A stretch of 63,461 nucleotides of DNA, filler included, from Octopus bimaculoides (lineage: Eukaryota), in the NCBI RefSeq assembly GCF_001194135.2. It is 7 parts of 7 records of this genome, joined end to end, with 100 filler letters (N's around TTAATTAATTAA, not from the genome) between each part and the next. Parts side by side here need not be neighbours in the genome. Positions count along the whole stretch, not along the records: positions 30,301 to 46,517 come from NC_069002.1; positions 46,618 to 53,011 come from NC_068983.1; 5 more parts are not named here. The stretch is one strand, 5' to 3'. Below the pieces are notes generated by a model. It had not been told where the DNA came from and searched no databases. It saw nothing but the letters and a program-made list of their open reading frames with translations. Both the position numbers and the translations under genes were made by a program. Positions 40,206-51,388 of the stretch are shown in pieces. How positions within the stretch are numbered: position 1 is the stretch's first letter; the number at the start of each line of letters is the position of its first letter.

Positions 40206-40311
40206 ATGGCCCCAAAATACGTAGATATGAGAAGTGATACATTCTCAAAACCTTCCCAGGCCATGAGAGAAGCCATGGCCAATGCTGATGTAGGAGAAAC
40301 GATGGTTTTAG
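40206..40311 (+). CDS. THA1: L-threonine aldolase family, coding exon 1 (MAPKYVDMRSDTFSKPSQAMREAMANADVGETMVL)
   Basis: D-x-R-S-D-T and AM..A.VG motifs typical of the family N-terminus; donor G|GTaaaa, phase 1. Upstream AG acceptors at 40191 and 40200 imply an unseen 5' exon. Confidence 0.85.
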
Positions 40312-40792
40312 GTAAAAATTTTAGCTGCTAATGTTTTTTTTTAATGTTTATTATAAAGCTTCAACCGCATATTTGAACTCAGAACGTAGCGGGAGACGAA
40401 ATACCGCTAAGCATTTCGCCCGGCGTGCTAACGTTTCTTATTTCTTTATTGCCCACAAGGGGCTAACCAGAGAGGGAACAAACAAAGACAGACAAAGGGA
40501 TTAAGTCGATTACATCGATCCCAGTGCGTCACTGGTACTTAATTTATCGACCCCCGAAAGGATGAAAGGCAAAGTCGACCTCGGCGGAATTTGAACTCAG
40601 AACGTAACGGCAGACGAAATGCCCCTAAGCATTTCGCCCGGTGTGCTAACGTTTCTGCCAGCTCGCCGCCTCTGTCTATCTATCTGTGTGTGTATGTGCG
40701 TGAGTGCGCGTGTGAAGATGATACTTTGATGTTGTCTTAGTAACTGTTAAACAAGCTAAAGACTATTTATGTATTCTTCTCTAAACTTTCAG

Positions 40793-40876
40793 CTTTAGAA
40801 GCAAAATGTGCAAAAATTTTTGGCAAAGAAAAGGCCTTGCTTGTTCCTACAGGGACCATGGGAAATTTATTAAGCG
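40793..40876 (+). CDS. THA1: L-threonine aldolase family, exon 2 (ALEAKCAKIFGKEKALLVPTGTMGNLLS)
   Basis: GKE.AL.VP.GTMGN motif; tttcAG acceptor and GTtagt donor; phase 1/1. Confidence 0.9.
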
Positions 40877-41489
40877 GTTAGTTATTACACGATGTTTTAT
40901 TTTACTGTTTCGTTTTTGTTTTCTTTCATTTGTTTTTTGTTCTTTTCTTTTTGCTCTCAGTGTGACCTTTTGACATCGTTTATGGCCGGATGTCCTTCAT
41001 AGCGCTAAACCCTTTACAGCATTTACTGGGTGTTTTTTTCACGCGACCAGCATTAGTGAAGTCACCAAGTAGCTTGCAAGACAATGACTAAAAAGGGAGA
41101 CAGAAAAGGCCCCCTCAACTGAATGGAGAGTCTATCATAGGGAAGGCGAGGCGGTGGCTTTATACCAGGTGTCGTAGGCTAAAGTATGATAAAGGGACAA
41201 GCACATTTGTCTTGCTATAGAGAAGATACGTTGTTACCCCCACATTATGCAAAGGTAGGTGAGAGTAACTAGAAGTGAGATAAGAGGTACCAGAGAATAT
41301 TCTCATCTATTTATCATAATATAGATATGTAAGATAACGGGTGAAACATGCAGGATGTTTGACATGGTTATATTAGTAATTAGAAAATATGCATACTGAT
41401 GATGACTTGGTAGAAAATGAAGCGATTATTGTTCTTAACGGCTCTTTTAACATAAATCATTTTTTTTTTCTTTCAAATCCCTTTTACAG

Positions 41490-41578
41490 TTATGGCCCAC
41501 TGTCAGGAGAGAGGACTGGAGGTTATAATGGGGGATAAGTCCCATATATATTTATTTGAACAAGGCCATGTTGCTCAG
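41490..41578 (+). CDS. THA1: L-threonine aldolase family, exon 3 (VMAHCQERGLEVIMGDKSHIYLFEQGHVAQ)
   Basis: Contains the PLP-stacking His (SHI motif); ttttacAG acceptor and GTaggt donor; phase 1/0. Confidence 0.9.
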
Positions 41579-41922
41579 GTAGGTTGCTAATCTCCTCACT
41601 ACTTATAAATGCATATATGTATTAATGTATATGCATGTGTGTGTGTGCGTGAGCATGTTATTATTAGCGATTGGAATAAAATATTTCGTAAGTAGTACAA
41701 GTATTTTCTCTTTGTGCAGAGCTGCAATATATATATATATATGTTGTTGTATTTGGGGATGGTCATATTGCCAGTTTAGCCAATAAAAACACACGCACTG
41801 TATATTTGGTGTTAATTTGCTTCAGCTTTATATTACATTATATTACATTATATTACATTACATTAATCCTATTAATCATTCAGTTTTAGAATCATGGCAT
41901 TGTGATGAATCTTTTTACACAG

Positions 41923-42105
41923 TTGGCTGGAATATTTCCAAGAATCGTCCCCACTCTAAAAGATGGAACTCATGATTTGGCCACATTAGCCGAGACAATA
42001 TCAACATCAGGTGGAACTTATAATTGTAAAACAAAAGTTATTTGCCTAGAAAACACTCATAATACATGCGGAGGGAAAATTTTACCTTTGGATTATTTAC
42101 AAAAG
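41923..42105 (+). CDS. THA1: L-threonine aldolase family, exon 4 (LAGIFPR...ICLENTHNTCGGKILPLDYLQK)
   Basis: ENTHN.GG hallmark; acacAG acceptor and GTaagg donor; 183 nt, phase 0/0. Confidence 0.95.
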
Positions 42106-42531
42106 GTAAGGAGGTGTTTTTTGATGGTCAACCCTACTGCTATCATCATCATCGTTGTCATCATCATCGTTTTATCATCATCATCATCGTTATCATCATC
42201 ATCATTGTTGTCATCATCATCATTGTTGTCATCAACATCATTGTTGTCATCATCGTCATCACCGTTGTCACCACCACCACTATCATCATCATCATCATCA
42301 TCATCATCATTTAACGTCCACTTTTCATTACTAGCATAAGTCAGACGAAATTTGTTGAGACGGATTTTCTATGACTGGATGCTTTCCAAATAAGGTAATA
42401 TTTTCTCACAGCGAACCTAGACATTTTTTTTTTCACGAGAGACTAGAAATGAACGACCTCGCTTGTATGACAACGGTATTCATTTACAGCCATCACATGA
42501 TGTCTAGACAAGAGTACGCACGCACGCACAC

Positions 42532-42579
<48 letters not shown>

Positions 42580-43653
42580 ATACGTACATACATACATTCA
42601 ATATACGACTGGTTCTTTCCAGTTTCTATCTACCATCCCTACAAGTTTTTGTCAGCTCTGGGCTATAGTAGATACTTTTTCCAAGGTGCTACGCAGCGGG
42701 ACTGAACCTGAAACCATGTAGATGGGAAGAAAACTTTTTAACTACGGAACCACACCTGCACCTATCAAGGTACTGTGATTAGTTCACTCGATATCGAAAC
42801 ATTGTGGCAATTGGTATCATAAGATGGGAGTGTGACCATTGGATATTGAGGCCTGTTGGAGTGATTTATTGGATATCAACGTATAATGGTATGGTTATCA
42901 ATGCATAATGAAGTGATGTAATATTGAGGCGAGTTAAAAGCTTTGCAATATTTGCATACGTGAGGACGGCCAACTGGCAAGATCGTTAGCGCGCCAGGAA
43001 AAATGCTTAGCGTCTTTATGTTCCGGGTTCAAATTCTACCGAGTTCAACTTTGCCTTTCATCCTTTCGGGGGTCGATAAAATAAGTACCAGTGAAACACT
43101 GGATTCGATGTAATCGACCCAACCCCTCGTCTGAAATTTCTGACCTTGTACCACCATTTGAAACCAATATTTGCATACGTGCAAGTTTGTGGCGTGTATA
43201 TCACGTGACCGAAGCAGCTCAAGCAGTTCGATGATCAGGTAAGCTCAAGTAAGCTCAGGTAAGCCTAAAACCGTGGATTCTGAGGAACGTAAACACCAGC
43301 ACCAGGTGTCAAGCGGTGGTTGGAGACAAACACAGACACAAAGACACTCACGCAGAGATTATATATGGCGTGGCTGTGTGGTAAGAAACTTGTTTCCCGA
43401 CCACATGGTTCCGGGTTCAGTCCCATAGTGGCTGACAATATGTGCATCTCTGATCATGACCAGGAGTAGTGAGGAAGCATCATAGCCATGTGTTGAGTTC
43501 GATTCCAGGCAGTAACAAAAGTAAAGTTTTAAAGAAATATTAGCCATTTTTCATAATTTCTAGGGGTAAGCAAACAGGAAATAACAGTTGCTACCCAAGG
43601 ACAAAAATCGTGTTACGCATTGTTACTGATAAAATAATTTTTTATTTTTGCAG

Positions 43654-43791
43654 TTGTACAATCTAGCCCAAGAAAATGATATAAAGGTACACGTGGATGG
43701 TGCACGTATTTTGAATGCTTCCGTTGGACTTGGTGTTCCTGTTTCAGATATAACAAAATTCTGTGATTCTGTCACTTGTTGTCTCAATAAG
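43654..43791 (+). CDS. THA1: L-threonine aldolase family, exon 5 (LYNLAQENDIKVHVDGARILNA...CCLNK)
   Basis: H.DGAR..NA motif and Schiff-base Lys (CLNK|G); ttttgcAG acceptor and GTaagg donor. Confidence 0.95.
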
Positions 43792-44474
43792 GTAAGGGGT
43801 ATTTTTGATGATTTTATGGTTAAAGATCTATCACTTCGCATTGACCGTCAATGGCTTTTCTCCACTGTTCTCTGGGCAGAAGCACATGCCAGTATGAGGG
43901 TTACTCTCGTAGGTTGCCCTGGGGGCCGTACTCTCCCAGATCTTGTTGATTTTGTATTGGTATCATTGCTTCAGTGACTTTTTCCTGTGTAGGGTTTTAT
44001 CCTTCTGCAAACCCATTTTTACTTTTGGGAAAAGGTATCTCATAGTCTTGGATCTGTCTAGCAGATGAAACCGTTCCAGGAGTTAGTCTTCCATTGGCAT
44101 AGCTTTCAGTGTTATTGTGACACACAAGGTACTACACTGCAACAAGGACTCAACCTTGTGGTGAGCCTAATCTCGTGGCCATGTGATCACATGACCGACT
44201 AGTCTGGCAGACGTTGTTACACATCGCTGATCACAATGCAATTTTGCATTGCTTTAGTCTTCAAATGACGTCATTGCACAGGCTAGGCGACTATTTACCA
44301 CTGATCGAAGTGGTCTGGAGCAACATGAAATTAAGTGCTTTGCTCAAAAACACAACGCACCGCCCTGTCTGGGAATTGAACCCACAATCTAGTGATCGTG
44401 AATGCAACAGCCTACTAGGCCACACGTACAGTAGTGGGATTAATGTGTAGTGTTGCAATTATGATATTTCAATT

Positions 44475-44525
<51 letters not shown>

Positions 44526-44826
44526 AGGGGGCATGCACTGTAACAGCGCCTCGCTGCATCCACCATTTGTTGGTGATTCCCTATCCCTGTCGGATGCTGC
44601 CCGCCTTTGCACCACTCAGAGGACAACCCTCAAATCAACAGGTTTGCTTGGGTAGTCATTGTTGGTAAGGGTTTCACGAGGTCGGAGTGCAAACTCTACC
44701 TCAACCCCTTTCAGTCGCCCTTTACGATACGCAGAGGAAATGTCGGGCGTATTCTTTGATACCTCCAACAAAGCATCTCTTTATTCATAAACTCATTTCT
44801 AAATTAACAAAAATATTCATCACATT

Positions 44827-44892
44827 AATAATTTACTTCTATTAATTATTTACTTCTATTAATAATTTTCTTCTATTAATAATTTACTTCTA
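44827..44892. repeat. ~17-bp AT-rich tandem repeat x4 in aldolase intron 5
   Basis: Repeated TTACTTCTATTAATAAT-like units. Confidence 0.8.
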
Positions 44893-44940
44893 TATCTCTA
44901 AGATGTTTTTAAAAGGATTCTCTTTAAATTTTAATCCCAG

Positions 44941-44996
44941 GGAATTGGTGCTCCATTTGGGTCCATAGTAGCCGGCACTGGATCTTTCATCAAAAA
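44941..44996 (+). CDS. THA1: L-threonine aldolase family, exon 6 (GIGAPFGSIVAGTGSFIK)
   Basis: G.GAP.GS...G motif; cccAG acceptor and GTtagt donor; phase 0/2. Confidence 0.9.
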
Positions 44997-45150
44997 GTTA
45001 GTATCGATTTGTATTGTTATTTATGCTTTTATTCTTTTAGCTGAAAAAGTCCGTCGTATACACGGAACAAATTAACTCATATAACGAGGCATTACAGTAA
45101 TTAATAAAATTAATATAATTTTTTTTTAATTTTTTTTTTATAATAACCAG

Positions 45151-45287
45151 AGTCGAACGATCTCGTAAAGCCCTCGGGGGTGAAATGCATCAACTGGGTA
45201 TGGAAGCTGCTGCAGCCTTATATGGTTTAGACAGATTTGAAGAAAGCATTCAGAAGGACCATTTTCTAGCCAACAAACTGGTCAATG
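45151..45287 (+). CDS. THA1: L-threonine aldolase family, exon 7 (KVERSRKALGGEMHQLG...QKDHFLANKLVN)
   Basis: RKALGG.M.Q.G and DH..A..L motifs; ccAG acceptor and GTaaat donor; phase 2/1. Confidence 0.9.
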
Positions 45288-45776
45288 GTAAATATGTTTC
45301 GTTGTCATTTGCTTCTTTATTCTTGGAGGTGGAGGTGGCAGCGGTNNNNNNNNNNNNNNNNNNNNNNNNNNNNNNNNNNNNNNNNNNNNNNNNNNNNNNN
45401 NNNNNNNNNNNNNNNNNNNNNNNNNNNNNNNNNNNNNNNNNNNNNNNNNNNNNNNNNNNNNNNNNNNNNNNNNNNNNNNGTCATTTTTACGCTAAGGCGT
45501 CGAGCTGACAGAACCGGTAACTGGTCGGGCAAATTGTTCGGCAGCATTTCGTCTCTCCCTAAAGTTTTGAGTCCGAGGCCGACTTTGTCTTTCATCCTTT
45601 CGGGGTCGACAAAATAAGTACCAGTTGAATACTGGTGTCGATGTACTCGACTTATCCCCCTTCCCCGAAATTGCTGGCCTCGTGCCAAAATTTAAAATCA
45701 GTATATATATATATATATATATATATAATATGCTACATGTCTTTGTATATATTGTTTCTCATTTTCTCGGTTTCAG

Positions 45777-45901
45777 GTCTGAAAAATCTTTCTTCTTCAG
45801 TGGTGACAGTAGAACCAGACGAAGTCCAAACTAATCTCGTTCTTATTAAAATCGATAAAGAAATGTCTTCTATCATTAACTTAAAAGAACGTTTAATGAC
45901 G
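45777..45901 (+). CDS. THA1: L-threonine aldolase family, exon 8 (GLKNLSSSVVTVEPDEVQTNLVLIKID...ERLMT)
   Basis: V.TN.V motif; tttcAG acceptor and GTatga donor; phase 1/0. The terminal exon with the R.V.H motif was not found. Confidence 0.85.
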
Positions 45902-46922
45902 GTATGAAAGCAAATCCCTAATTTCTTTATCCATTTCATTCTGCAGAAAGTAAAGCCACAAGTTTAAATAAAATATTTGTAAAGACAGAAAACTATTAGT
46001 GGAAACTAATAGTAAACCTGTATATAAAGATATCTTCTGTACAAAAGGTATGGATTCGAATATCAGACGGAGTCTTCAATTTTTGTTTCCATCCAAGAGT
46101 TTGTTTTTTTAACTTAATATTCTACATGCTGTTATTTACAGCTTTATCACAGTAGCAAGCTGGCAGAATCGTTAGCGTGTTGGACCAAATGCTTTGGGGC
46201 ACTTCTCTTACGTTCTGAGTTCTTTACGTTTTGAGTTCAAATGCTGCCGAGATCAAGTTTACCGTTCATCGTTTTGGGATTGTTAAAATACGTACTAGTC
46301 AGGGACTGGAATCGATATGATCAACAAGTCCTTTCTCTCAAAATTTCAGACCAAGTGCTTATAGTAGAAAAGATTATTGATAGCTTTATCTGATATCTTC
46401 ATATCTCGCAAATCTTCTAAATCCTTATAGATAAATTTCTGGGAAGTTTTATCAGATAGAATACTTCTTTGTTTTTGTTCTTTTATTCATTTACTTCATT
46501 TCTGTATTTTATCTTTTNNNNNNNNNNNNNNNNNNNNNNNNNNNNNNNNNNNNNNNNNNNNTTAATTAATTAANNNNNNNNNNNNNNNNNNNNNNNNNNN
46601 NNNNNNNNNNNNNNNNNGGGGTCAATAAATTAAGTACCATTGAAAAACTGGGGCCGATATAACTGACTTTCCCACTTCCTTGAACTTGCTTGTGCCAAAC
46701 TTTGAGACCATAATTGAAAATAAGACGGCGTGCTGGCAGAATCGTAAGCACGTTGGAAAATGCTTAGCAGCATTTCTTCCGCTTTGCGTTCTGAATTCAA
46801 ATTCCGCCGAGGTCGACTTTGCCTTTAATCCCTTTTAGAGTGGATAAGAACCAGCTTAGCACTGGCGTCCATGTAATCAACTAGCCTCCTCCGCTTTAGG
46901 CCTTGTGCCTATAGCAGAGTTA

Positions 46923-49115
46923 CACTGGCTTACAGAGAAACTGAGGCAAACATAAAATAGTTGTCCTAGCTTAATTTCGGGGTGATGATTTCAGATACAA
47001 AACCAGTTTTCACTCATCACCTCTAATTTTTGAAATATACATTCTTATGATTTTGCAACAATTCACGTAACTATATATATGTGATACATAGATACATATT
47101 TCTACAATGGCTTCAGGCACTTCAAAACACGGAGGATTCATCAAGGCAAATTCATACTGCTACGTGTGTGGGGATTTCACGACAGTTGCACAGCGCCAAA
47201 CAATTACTTCCATCCTGAGAACTGCTTAGTTTCGTTATTTTGACTGTAAAATTAGAGATCAGGACAAATCCTGGACCCCACACATTTGTTGTAAACCTTG
47301 CTAAAATGGACTAACTGAATAGTTTAACGGCAAGAAAGCAGCTTTCAACTTTGCTGTCCCGATAGTCTGGAGAGAGCCACGAAACCATGCAGGTGATTGT
47401 TATTTTTGTCTAAAAGATATATCAGGTTTCAATGCTTCTTCTAGAAAAAGATCAAATATCCCAACCTTCCCTCAGCTATGAAACCTGTTTCCCACTCAGA
47501 TGATCTCCCTGTCCCTACACCCCCAACAAATAAGGCTCTTCTTCCTTCATCAGATGAAGAAATGCCTTCGGGGAAGATTCTGCCAAGTCGATCTCTTCAG
47601 AAGATAAAGTCTCTATTCAGAAACAAGTGGCAATGAGCCCCACTGGATCACGCAGGAAGACTTGAATTACCTTGCCCGTGATTTGTATCTATCTAAGCAG
47701 TAGTCAGAGCTCTTGGTATCCCGGCTTAAGCAGTGGAACCTGGTCAAGGCAGATGTAAGGATCACCAGTTTCTGGACACGGAACCAGAACTTTGCTTCAT
47801 TCTTCGGCATGGAAAACAGGTTGTACTACTGCACAAATGTCTCTGGTTCGTTCATCTTCCTTGGTTTCTCACACAATGCCTCAGACTGGCGTCTTTTCAT
47901 AAACTCTTCCAAGTGAAGTTTAAAGGCTGTGCTCCTGCACAATGGGAATAAATACCCCAACATTCTCATTGCCTACTCAGACCTTCTGAAGGAGTCGTAT
48001 GGCAATATGGAGCTACTTTTGGAAGCTGTCAAGTACAACCAGTACTAGTGGAGTCTCTGCGGGGACCTCAAGGTCATGAGTTCCTTAGTGGTATGCAAGT
48101 GGACTTCACAAAGTATTGCTGCTTTCTCTGTCTCTGAGACAGTTAGGCAGTGTCCAAGGTCATAAAGCAGAAGCAGAAAGACTGAGGATCTAGGAGCACT
48201 TTCGTGCCTGGGGAAAACAGTGTCCAAGAAAATCCTCTGGTGGACATGAACAAAATACTTATTCCTCCCCTTCATATCAAGCTTGGTTTAATGAAGAATT
48301 TCGTGAAGGCCATAGACAAAAATGGTGCTGCCTTCCAACACTTGTGCACTCTGTTCCCAGCTCTGAGCTCTTCTAAGCTCAAGGAGGGCACCTTCATTGG
48401 ACCTCAGATCCGAAAGGTGCTGAAGGATAAGGACTTTGAGGAACTTCTTACCTTAAAGGAACTGAGAGCATGGGAAGCATTTAAGTCAGTCTGCCATGGT
48501 TTCCTTGATAACACACGGGTACTAGATTACCAAAAGTGTATAGAGAAGTTGTTACAGTCTTGTGAGGATACGGGGTGCCGAATGTCACTTAAAATTCCCT
48601 TTCTCTACTCCCACCTTAACTACTTCCCTCCGAAACATAGAGCTGTGAGTGATGAGCATGGAGAAAGGTTCCACTAATATCTTACTACCACTAAGATATT
48701 ACTAAAATGGAGAGCAACTACCAAGGCAAGTGGAACCCCAGCATGATGAGTGACTTTTGCTGGATGCTCATGCATGACATCCTGCAGGCAAAGTACACAA
48801 GATAGTCCAAAATACTCACTTCTAACTGTCTGTTGTACTATGATTTGTGTATATTGTATTATCCAAGTAATTTAGTTCCATCAATATTCTGTATCTATGT
48901 TGTTTTTTTTCTGTAAATTACCTTTGTAACAGATGAAATAAACATGTTTTGAATTTATATGCAGTATAATTAAAATGGGAACTGTGAAAGCAAAAACACT
49001 AGAGGTGATAGAGTAAAACTGTTCAGAAAACTGAATTCACCACATCAAAATTAGTAAAAACCACCTATTCACAACCTTGCCTCAGAGCAAAAAAAACAAT
49101 TTTTGTAAACCAGTG
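46923..49115 (+). mobile_element. Full-length decayed Chapaev3-type (CMC superfamily) DNA transposon
   Basis: Imperfect TIRs CACTGGCTTACAGAGAA and TTTTTGTAAACCAGTG; 3-bp TTA duplication (46920-46922, 49116-49118); internal transposase remnant. CAC termini with a TWA duplication are the established Chapaev3 signature. Confidence 0.8.
47107..48830 (+). pseudogene. Chapaev3-like transposase pseudogene
   Basis: ATG at 47107, then CYVCG, VWREPRNH..DCYFC, LHNGNKYP, CGDLKV, PLHIKLGLMKNFVKA, SDEHGERFH and YQGKWNPSMM.DFCW motifs, interrupted by stops and frameshifts. Longest intact piece is ORF 48204..48677. Confidence 0.85.
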
Positions 49116-51349
49116 TTATCAGTAAATAAAAACGTTACATTTAAGTTGTAAGGCCTGGAAGAACCCCGAATTTTTATGTTATTTCACCTTCAGTACTTAT
49201 ATTTTGAAATGTGCTCTCATCTTTTTAGTCTGAAGGAAAGGTGAAGCCCATCACCCTTTACAGGGTCTCCAAGACTTAAGTGGGTAGGAGGGAGGAAGGT
49301 ATCCACAAACTGGTGACCTAATCTAAAGTCTTGTAAGAAGGTGGATTCGACCAAAGGCACCCAAAATGCCAGGGAGAGGTTTTAAGCTGGGCGACGAGTT
49401 GAGTCTACTACCCAAGTAGGCCGTAGTACAAGGTGGATTGGTACTAATTTTATTAACTCGTAAAGAAAGAAATGCAAAGATGACTACGGTAGGATTTGAA
49501 CTCAGAACACCGAGAGTAAGAACAAATACCACATGATATTCTGTTCGACGCTCTAACCACTAACCCAGTTTGACGTCAGTTAGACAACAAAAGGGTCATG
49601 GAAAAAACAATTTGGGGCAGTGCTTAGGAGGTTAATTGATCATCAAGCAGCGGTCCTGCAGACATACATTATAAATACAAGTGTGTAGCCATTTGCCTCT
49701 GTGATGACCAAGCATCTGTTCATATCTTCTGCATAGTATAGGCGGGGCATCACGCCAGCTAAGAGCGTAGAACTTTCTCTTATTCTGTGTAGCACGATAT
49801 TATGATACAATGAGAAGGAAATGTAAGAAATTTCTGTAAAGAATTTACGTACCATTTGTCTTCTTAGACTGAAAACTGTTTCAGTTATATTGCAATTGTG
49901 TAGCGTATATCAGAATTTAGTAGCTGGGAAAGAAAAAAGACGTCTGAGAATGTCTTGTTAAAATAAATAGACATTGTCGCAGATTACGCGAGAAATATCA
50001 ATGTTTTGGAGCATTTGATACGTCTGACACAACGGAGTACAATGTTCTTGTATTGTTTGTTTATTGTTATGATTATCTTCGTCTATCTTTCACTTTAAAA
50101 ACATACATAGGCTGATAAAAATATCTCAATACATATACAAATACACACTTACACACACGCGCGTAATATATACGTATATATGCATGATTATATGTGTATG
50201 CGTAAGTGTGCGTGTGCGCGTGTATATTTTTAGTAAAGGAGACGAGTTGCCAGAAACTGTAGACTGAACAGACTAAAAAGCCTAACAGTATTTAGTTTCA
50301 TCCTTCTATTTATTCTGAGCTCTGGTCGACTTTGCCTCTCATCCTCTTTCCGAAGGTCAATTTAACGGATACCAGTAATATACTCGTCCCCCGCCAAAAA
50401 ATAGTAATCAATCGGCTTTGTGTTTAAACAACAGAAATTATAATTACACTCATTTCTAACATTGCTATCCAACTACAAACCACAAAATATTAAAATGAAA
50501 GACAGTATTTGAACTGAGAACTTAGAATATGGTATTTTGTCCGACAATCTAATGACTCTCTTAAGCATATATAATTATATTGGTTTCAAATTTTGGCACA
50601 AGGCTAGCAATTTCATGGGAGGAAGTAAGTCGATTATTTCAACCCCAGTGCTCAACTGGTACTTATTTTATTGATCCCGAAAGGATGAAAGGTAAAATCG
50701 ACCTAGGCGGAATTTGAACTCAGAATGTAAAGACGGACGAAATGCATTTTGCCCTGCGCGGTAACAGTTGCGCCAGCTCGCCGCCTTAGCATATATAATT
50801 ATATTGGTTTCTGCCTTAGCGCGAGGTCACAGATTCATGGATAGAGTACAGATGCACTATCTTCTATTACCTTTTCTTATGTAGTGTGACTCTAATATCT
50901 TCTGTTTCTCGTTTGTAGCCGGTTGCGTACTCCTCCGAGCCTATTCGAGACATGTGTATTTGCTCTATCGTCACCCATATTGTCTGAGATACTCTGGAAT
51001 TCTTTGCCTACTATATTTTATTTTTTATNNNNNNNNNNNNNNNNNNNNNNNNNNNNNNNNNNNNNNNNNNNNNNNNNNNNNNNNNNNNNNNNNNNNNNNN
51101 NNNNNNNNNNNNNNNNNNNNNNNNNNNNNNNNNNNNNNNNNNNNNNNNNNNNNNNNNNNNNNNNNNNNNNNNNNNNNNNNNNNNNNNNNNNNNNCGTAAA
51201 CAAACCAACACTGGTTGTCAATCGGTGGTGGAAGACAAACACAATGATAAACACACATTGTGAGGGTGTGTGTGTATGACTAGCTTCTTTCATTTTCCGT
51301 CTACCAAATCCATTCACAAGTCTTTGGTCGACCCGGAGGTATAATAGAA

Positions 51350-51387
<38 letters not shown>

Positions 51388-51388
<1 letters not shown>

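Noticed and set aside
29033-40206. Possible read-through fusion of the EVC2-like gene to the aldolase
   Set aside because: Exon j ends in phase 2, which hits a stop in aldolase exon 1 from the 40192 acceptor (in-frame entry there needs phase 1); no evidence for a fusion.
49853-49923. Minus-strand segment with a strong acceptor and an ATG|GTACGT donor next to the kinase-like candidate
   Set aside because: Stops in all frames, and joining in the kinase-like phase creates TGA; could only be untranslated.
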